This document shows positions 60,056 to 64,000 of a stretch of DNA of 64,000 nucleotides, one piece after another. The position numbers and the translations under genes were made by a program. The stretch is taken from IMG/VR virus record IMGVR_UViG_2882674194_000007, positions 86,196-150,195 of that record; one strand, written 5' to 3'. How positions within the stretch are numbered: the stretch's first letter is position 1; the number at the start of each line of letters is the position of its first letter. The notes under the pieces were generated by a model that was given only the letters and a program-made list of their open reading frames with translations, was not told where the DNA came from and did no database searches. This stretch comes from a virus (taxonomy: Duplodnaviria; Caudoviricetes).

Positions 60056-60594
60056 ATTATGCACAAATTCGTAGTTTAGATTTGTCAAATGGAGAGGGCA
60101 TAGGAGTCGCCCTTTTCGTACAAGGCTGTCACTTTCATTGTCCTAACTGTTTCAACCCTGAGACATGGGATTTTAATGGTGGTAAAGAATGGACAGAAGA
60201 AGTAAAAAATAAATTCTTGGAACTAGCAAACCGACCATATATTAAACGGATCAGTATCCTCGGCGGTGAGCCTCTGGCAGAAGAAAACCTTGACGATGTA
60301 TTAGATCTAGTCAATAGAATCCGTCTTTCAAGTCCGAAAAAATCTGTTTGGTTATATACAGGATTTACGTATGAAGAAATAATGAAATATGAATATGGTA
60401 CAAGTTACATAAATAATGTGAATTGTGAGGCATTACGTCAGGCAATATTTTGTCAATGTGATGTACTAGTAGATGGTAAATACATAGATTCCAAACGTGA
60501 CCTGACTCTCCAATACAGAGGTAGCGATAATCAAAGACTTATCGACATTCAACGATCATTACAAAAGGGTGAAATAGTATTATGGCAAGTATGA
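60052..60594 (+). CDS. nrdG: Anaerobic RNR activating enzyme
   Basis: NGEG....LFVQGCHFHCPNCFN, GGEP, RGS.NQR. Confidence 0.95.
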   Translation: MNYAQIRSLDLSNGEGIGVALFVQGCHFHCPNCFNPETWDFNGGKEWTEEVKNKFLELANRPYIKRISILGGEPLAEENLDDVLDLVNRIRLSSPKKSVWLYTGFTYEEIMKYEYGTSYINNVNCEALRQAIFCQCDVLVDGKYIDSKRDLTLQYRGSDNQRLIDIQRSLQKGEIVLWQV

Positions 60595-60742
60595 TAATTA
60601 CGAGTGAATGTGAACAATGTCCTCAATCAATAATTGACGATGAAGATAAGGCGAGAGTGACTGTATATTGCAAAGTAAAAGATAAAATGTATTTTTGGGG
60701 ACAATATATTCCATGTGATTATAAAGGAAAGAGGAAAAAAGA

Positions 60743-61180
60743 ATGAACGAGATAATCAAAATTAAATATTTTACGGATAAAATTGAAAAACTGGCTTACA
60801 TAGACGGAAAGTCGGACTGGATTGATCTGCGGGCGGCGGAGGACGTTGATCTCAGGAAGGGTGAATTTAAGCTGATCCCTCTGGGGGTTGCCATGGAGCT
60901 GCCGGAAGGCTATGAAGCCCATGTGGTGCCGAGAAGCTCCACTTTCAAAAATTTCGGCATTATACAGACAAATCACCAGGGTGTGATTGACTGCTCGTAC
61001 AATGGAGACAACGACCAGTGGTTTATGCCGGTCTATGCAGTGCGTGACACGCAGATCCATGTAAACGACCGCATATGCCAGTTCCGCATTATGGAGAACC
61101 AGCCGAAGATTGTCTTTGATGAAGTAAAAAGTTTTAATAATAAAGATAGAGGTGGACATGGAAGTACAGGAAAACAATAA
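60743..61180 (+). CDS. dut: dUTPase
   Basis: [25 protein letters not shown]. Confidence 0.95.
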   Translation: MNEIIKIKYFTDKIEKLAYIDGKSDWIDLRAAEDVDLRKGEFKLIPLGVAMELPEGYEAHVVPRSSTFKNFGIIQTNHQGVIDCSYNGDNDQWFMPVYAVRDTQIHVNDRICQFRIMENQPKIVFDEVKSFNNKDRGGHGSTGKQ

Positions 61181-61382
61181 AAAGTCAAAATTGTATATTC
61201 CTATCAGCGAAAAATTCAATCTTACAGTAGAAGAAGCTAGCCAATATTTTAATATAGGAAGAGACAAATTATATCAATTGGTAAATGAAGAGGGATGTAA
61301 ATTTGTTTTATTTAATGGTAGAAATATACTAATTAAAAGAATAATATTTGAAAAGTACTTAGAACAAAACACTTATATATAA
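61158..61382 (+). CDS. xis: Tn916-type excisionase
   Basis: IPI.E...LT.EEAS.YF.IG..KL...NG....IKR..FEK resembles Tn916 Xis. Confidence 0.88.
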   Translation: MEVQENNKKSKLYIPISEKFNLTVEEASQYFNIGRDKLYQLVNEEGCKFVLFNGRNILIKRIIFEKYLEQNTYI

Positions 61383-61387
61383 TAAAT

Positions 61388-61434
61388 TTTACATAGACCA
61401 AGCACTGTGATATAATAAATAGGGCTTGGTCTTT
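61388..61434 (+). promoter_or_regulatory. int promoter overlapping a terminator-like hairpin
   Basis: TTTACA-17-TATAAT (61388-61416); AGACCAAGC/GCTTGGTCT arms followed by T-run. Confidence 0.65.
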
Positions 61435-61453
61435 TGCTAGAAAGGATATTTTT

Positions 61454-62626
61454 ATGGGAAAAGACCTTAAAGGAAAGGAACTTGGTGTTGGATTAAATCA
61501 AAGAAAGGATGGTAGATATCAAGCTAGGTTTACAAGATTTAATGGACAAAGAAGTGAAAAAAATTTTGTGAAAGTGACAGAAGCACGATCATGGCTTAAT
61601 GAACAAAGATATTTAGACTCCATTACTGCGACAGGAGATATGACAGTTGATGAATGGTATAACTACTGGATTGAAAATTTTAAAAATGGTATTGTAAAAG
61701 ATAATACAACAAAAAATTATAAACAAAGATATGAATATAATATCAAAAATGAAATTGGTCTTATAAAATTACAAGACATAAGGCAACTTCATTGTCAAAA
61801 AATACTAAATAATATGTTTGATAGTGGAAGATATTCTAATGGAACTATGGAGTTGACACAAATAACATTACATGCATTATTTAAGGGTGCTGTTGAAAAT
61901 GATTATTTGCAGAAAAATCCAGCAGAAAATTTGAAATTAAAGCGTAGAGACAATGATAATGAAGAGCGAAGAGTATTAACTCGACAGGAACAAAAAATTT
62001 TTAAAGAGTATGCGAAAAACACACTATATAATAATGCATATTGTTTGGTATTAGAAACTGGATTAAGAGCTGGAGAAGTTGGTGGATTGAAATGGAGCGA
62101 TGTGGACTTTGAAAATGGAGTTATAAATGTGCAACGCACTATTTTACAGGATGCACAAAAAGGTGGGTTTTATTTTGGGACACCTAAAACAAAAAAGAGT
62201 AAAAGAAAAATTCCATTAACTAATGAAGCTGTATCAATTCTAAATAATCAAAAAATGTTACAATGTAAATTGAGAATGAAGAGTAAGAATTGGAATAGTT
62301 ATTGGGATGGTTTGGTGTTTACAACAGTCAATGGCAATCCAGTAGGTGCGTCAACATTCAGATCAATGATGATTAGGATAGTAAAAAATATTAATTTTGA
62401 TCGACAGTATAATGCACAAAATGGCTTATACGAAGAATTTCAACACTGCTATATGCATTCGTTGCGGCACACATTTGCAACCAGATGCATTGAAAACGGA
62501 GTCCAGCCAAAAACTTTACAAAAAATATTAGGACATTCGACTCTCAGTACTACGATGGACTTGTATGTGCATGTCACTGATGAGCAAATATTTTCGGAAA
62601 TGAATAAAATGAATTGCGATATTTAG
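61454..62626 (+). CDS. int: Tyrosine integrase with Tn916-like arm-binding domain
   Basis: QRKDGRY N-terminus; TGLRAGE, HSLRHTFAT, LGHS....T...Y. Confidence 0.95.
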   Translation: MGKDLKGKELGVGLNQRKDGRYQARFTRFNGQRSEKNFVKVTEARSWLNEQRYLDSITATGDMTVDEWYNYWIENFKNGIVKDNTTKNYKQRYEYNIKNEIGLIKLQDIRQLHCQKILNNMFDSGRYSNGTMELTQITLHALFKGAVENDYLQKNPAENLKLKRRDNDNEERRVLTRQEQKIFKEYAKNTLYNNAYCLVLETGLRAGEVGGLKWSDVDFENGVINVQRTILQDAQKGGFYFGTPKTKKSKRKIPLTNEAVSILNNQKMLQCKLRMKSKNWNSYWDGLVFTTVNGNPVGASTFRSMMIRIVKNINFDRQYNAQNGLYEEFQHCYMHSLRHTFATRCIENGVQPKTLQKILGHSTLSTTMDLYVHVTDEQIFSEMNKMNCDI

Positions 62627-62645
62627 TGGTGCAACATTGGTGCAA
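62627..62645 (+). repeat. Tandem TGGTGCAA, probable integrase arm-type sites of attR
   Basis: 62627-62634 and 62638-62645 immediately after int stop. Confidence 0.6.
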
Positions 62646-62748
62646 ATATATAGAAAATAGAAAATGTAGTCTCTATAAGCGTTTAAAATCAATGCTTTCA
62701 AGAAAAGAGTTACACATTATGCCAAATAAGGATAGTAAATAACGAAAA

Positions 62749-62789
62749 AAGGAAAGTATTGGGAATGTAACGTTCTCAATACTTTCCTT
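62749..62789. terminator. Bidirectional intrinsic terminator
   Basis: AAGGAAAGTATTG...CAATACTTTCCTT flanked by A- and T-runs. Confidence 0.8.
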
Positions 62790-62802
62790 ATTTTCCTTAG
62801 AT

Positions 62803-62946
62803 TTATTCTGTCTTCCCACATTTAGCGGTAGGCTTATATTGTTCTTCGCCTGATTCAATGTATAGGACAAAATCGTTGATTTCCTTTTCAGTCCATCCGG
62901 CGGCACGTAACCCCAAAAGCAGTCTTGCGACCTCTGTCATATTCAT
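62803..62946 (-). CDS. Small host protein (47 aa)
   Basis: MNMTEVARLLLGLRAAGWTEKEINDFVLYIESGEEQYKP...; AAAGG RBS. Confidence 0.65.
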   Translation of the reverse strand: MNMTEVARLLLGLRAAGWTEKEINDFVLYIESGEEQYKPTAKCGKTE

Positions 62947-63046
62947 ATTATCACAACCTTTCTGTTAATAAATGATAATCAATATTTCCTATATATTATT
63001 GTAGCCTGTATTGAACAGTGAGTCAATATCATCAAGGAGGTCTATC

Positions 63047-64000
63047 ATGGAGCAGCAGCCCATTGTTTTAAAAGAAATCTGTTCGCATGGCACAAAGTCG
63101 CTGCCCTGTGCGGTTTATCGCACGCATTCTGTGGGAAAGGGCGTTTTAGTGAAACATCACTGGCATGATGAAATCGAAATCCTCTATTTTTCAGAAGGTG
63201 GATTCCGGCTTGAAATCAATATGGAGTCTTTTGAAATCCAATCTGAATGTTTTTATTTTATCAATCCCGGAGAACTGCACGGCATTATCTCCGAGACGGT
63301 GGAAAGGCACTGGGAGGACGCCGTTGTTTTCTCGCCCGGTATTCTCGGTTTTGATTCCCGCGACGAGGCGCAGATTTCCCTGATGAAGCCGATTCAGAAC
63401 GGGAAACTGCTCTTTCCGCGCCGTATCACGCCGCATCATCCTGCATTTTTATCATTGCGCCAGTCTTTTTTACATATCATGCATGTGTTTGGAAAGATTG
63501 CAGAAGCAGTCCCGGAGGAAGGGAACGATGGGAAATCGCGTTCTTCGGGAGACTGTGGGTCGACGATAAGTGACTTAACTAGTCAATTGTATGTCAAGTC
63601 GTCTCTGCTCCATATTTTTGCGACACTGTCCGAGCACAGACTTTTTATGACCGTAGAAAGAAATTTCGACAAGCGTGTGGAGAGTATTAAGACCGCGCTC
63701 CTGTTTATCGAGGAGAATTATCACAGTAAAATCTATATTTCGGACCTTGCCGGACAGGTAAACCTGAACGAGCAGTATTTTTGCAGGCTTTTTAGAAAGG
63801 CGATCGGGCATTCGCCGATAGAGTACATCAACTCATACCGCATCAGGCAGGCGAAGCGCCTTCTGGAGGAGACGGATCTGCAGGTGACGGAAGTCTGTCT
63901 GGAATGCGGCTTCAACAATTTGGGAAACTTTATACAGGAGTTCCGAAAGCGCACAGGTGTGACACCGTTGCAGTATAGGAAACATGTAGAAATGTTTTAA
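63047..64000 (+). CDS. AraC-family transcriptional regulator (host)
   Basis: Cupin HWHDEIE; C-terminal double HTH; GC-richer; AGGAGG RBS before ATG 63047. Confidence 0.95.
   Translation: MEQQPIVLKEICSHGTKSLPCAVYRTHSVGKGVLVKHHWHDEIEILYFSEGGFRLEINMESFEIQSECFYFINPGELHGIISETVERHWEDAVVFSPGILGFDSRDEAQISLMKPIQNGKLLFPRRITPHHPAFLSLRQSFLHIMHVFGKIAEAVPEEGNDGKSRSSGDCGSTISDLTSQLYVKSSLLHIFATLSEHRLFMTVERNFDKRVESIKTALLFIEENYHSKIYISDLAGQVNLNEQYFCRLFRKAIGHSPIEYINSYRIRQAKRLLEETDLQVTEVCLECGFNNLGNFIQEFRKRTGVTPLQYRKHVEMF

Larger units (their letters stand above)
1..62712 (+). mobile_element. Large prophage (right-hand part; left end outside window)
   Basis: Dense co-directional AT-rich phage-type genes (replication, nucleotide metabolism, many small ORFs) ending in xis-int, followed by GC-richer host-like DNA; right boundary approximate. 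Confidence 0.9.

Noticed and set aside
464-61267. Most minus-strand ORFs in the track (e.g. 28963-29538, 32236-32886, 60719-61267)
   Set aside because: Antisense shadows of well-supported + strand genes, without RBS or motifs
62705-62730. dif-like site (ATTATGCCAAAT)
   Set aside because: Only partial XerD-arm similarity and no XerC arm

Overview
Positions 1 to ~62,700 are the right-hand part of a large, AT-rich temperate phage integrated in a Clostridia (Lachnospiraceae-like) chromosome. Almost all genes are on the + strand. GC-richer host DNA (a small minus-strand ORF and an AraC regulator) follows the integrase. The phage segment has (i) two long arrays of short accessory genes (1-31.9 kb and 43-50 kb) that include a complete diversity-generating retroelement (target/VR, avd, TR, RT), a C5 DNA methyltransferase, a Pnkp-RNA ligase fusion, a radical SAM/HAD/RlmN-like triad, ClpP, a PAPS-reductase-family protein and a Tad1 anti-Thoeris sponge; (ii) a replication module (AAA ATPase, SSB, DnaB, DnaG, exonuclease, DnaE, ERCC4); (iii) LigA and nucleotide-metabolism genes (thyX, gmk, nrdD/G, dut); and (iv) a Tn916-type Xis/Int pair. 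The most striking unexplained signal is a 16-bp inverted-repeat site, TRAAW-N6-WTTYA, seen at about 30 gene junctions. It sits between stop codon and RBS in the accessory arrays and was not seen at junctions of the replication module. It marks the exact end of an internal gene duplication and brackets functional modules, which suggests an integron-like gene-cassette system in a phage (inference). All calls were made by eye, without database searches.
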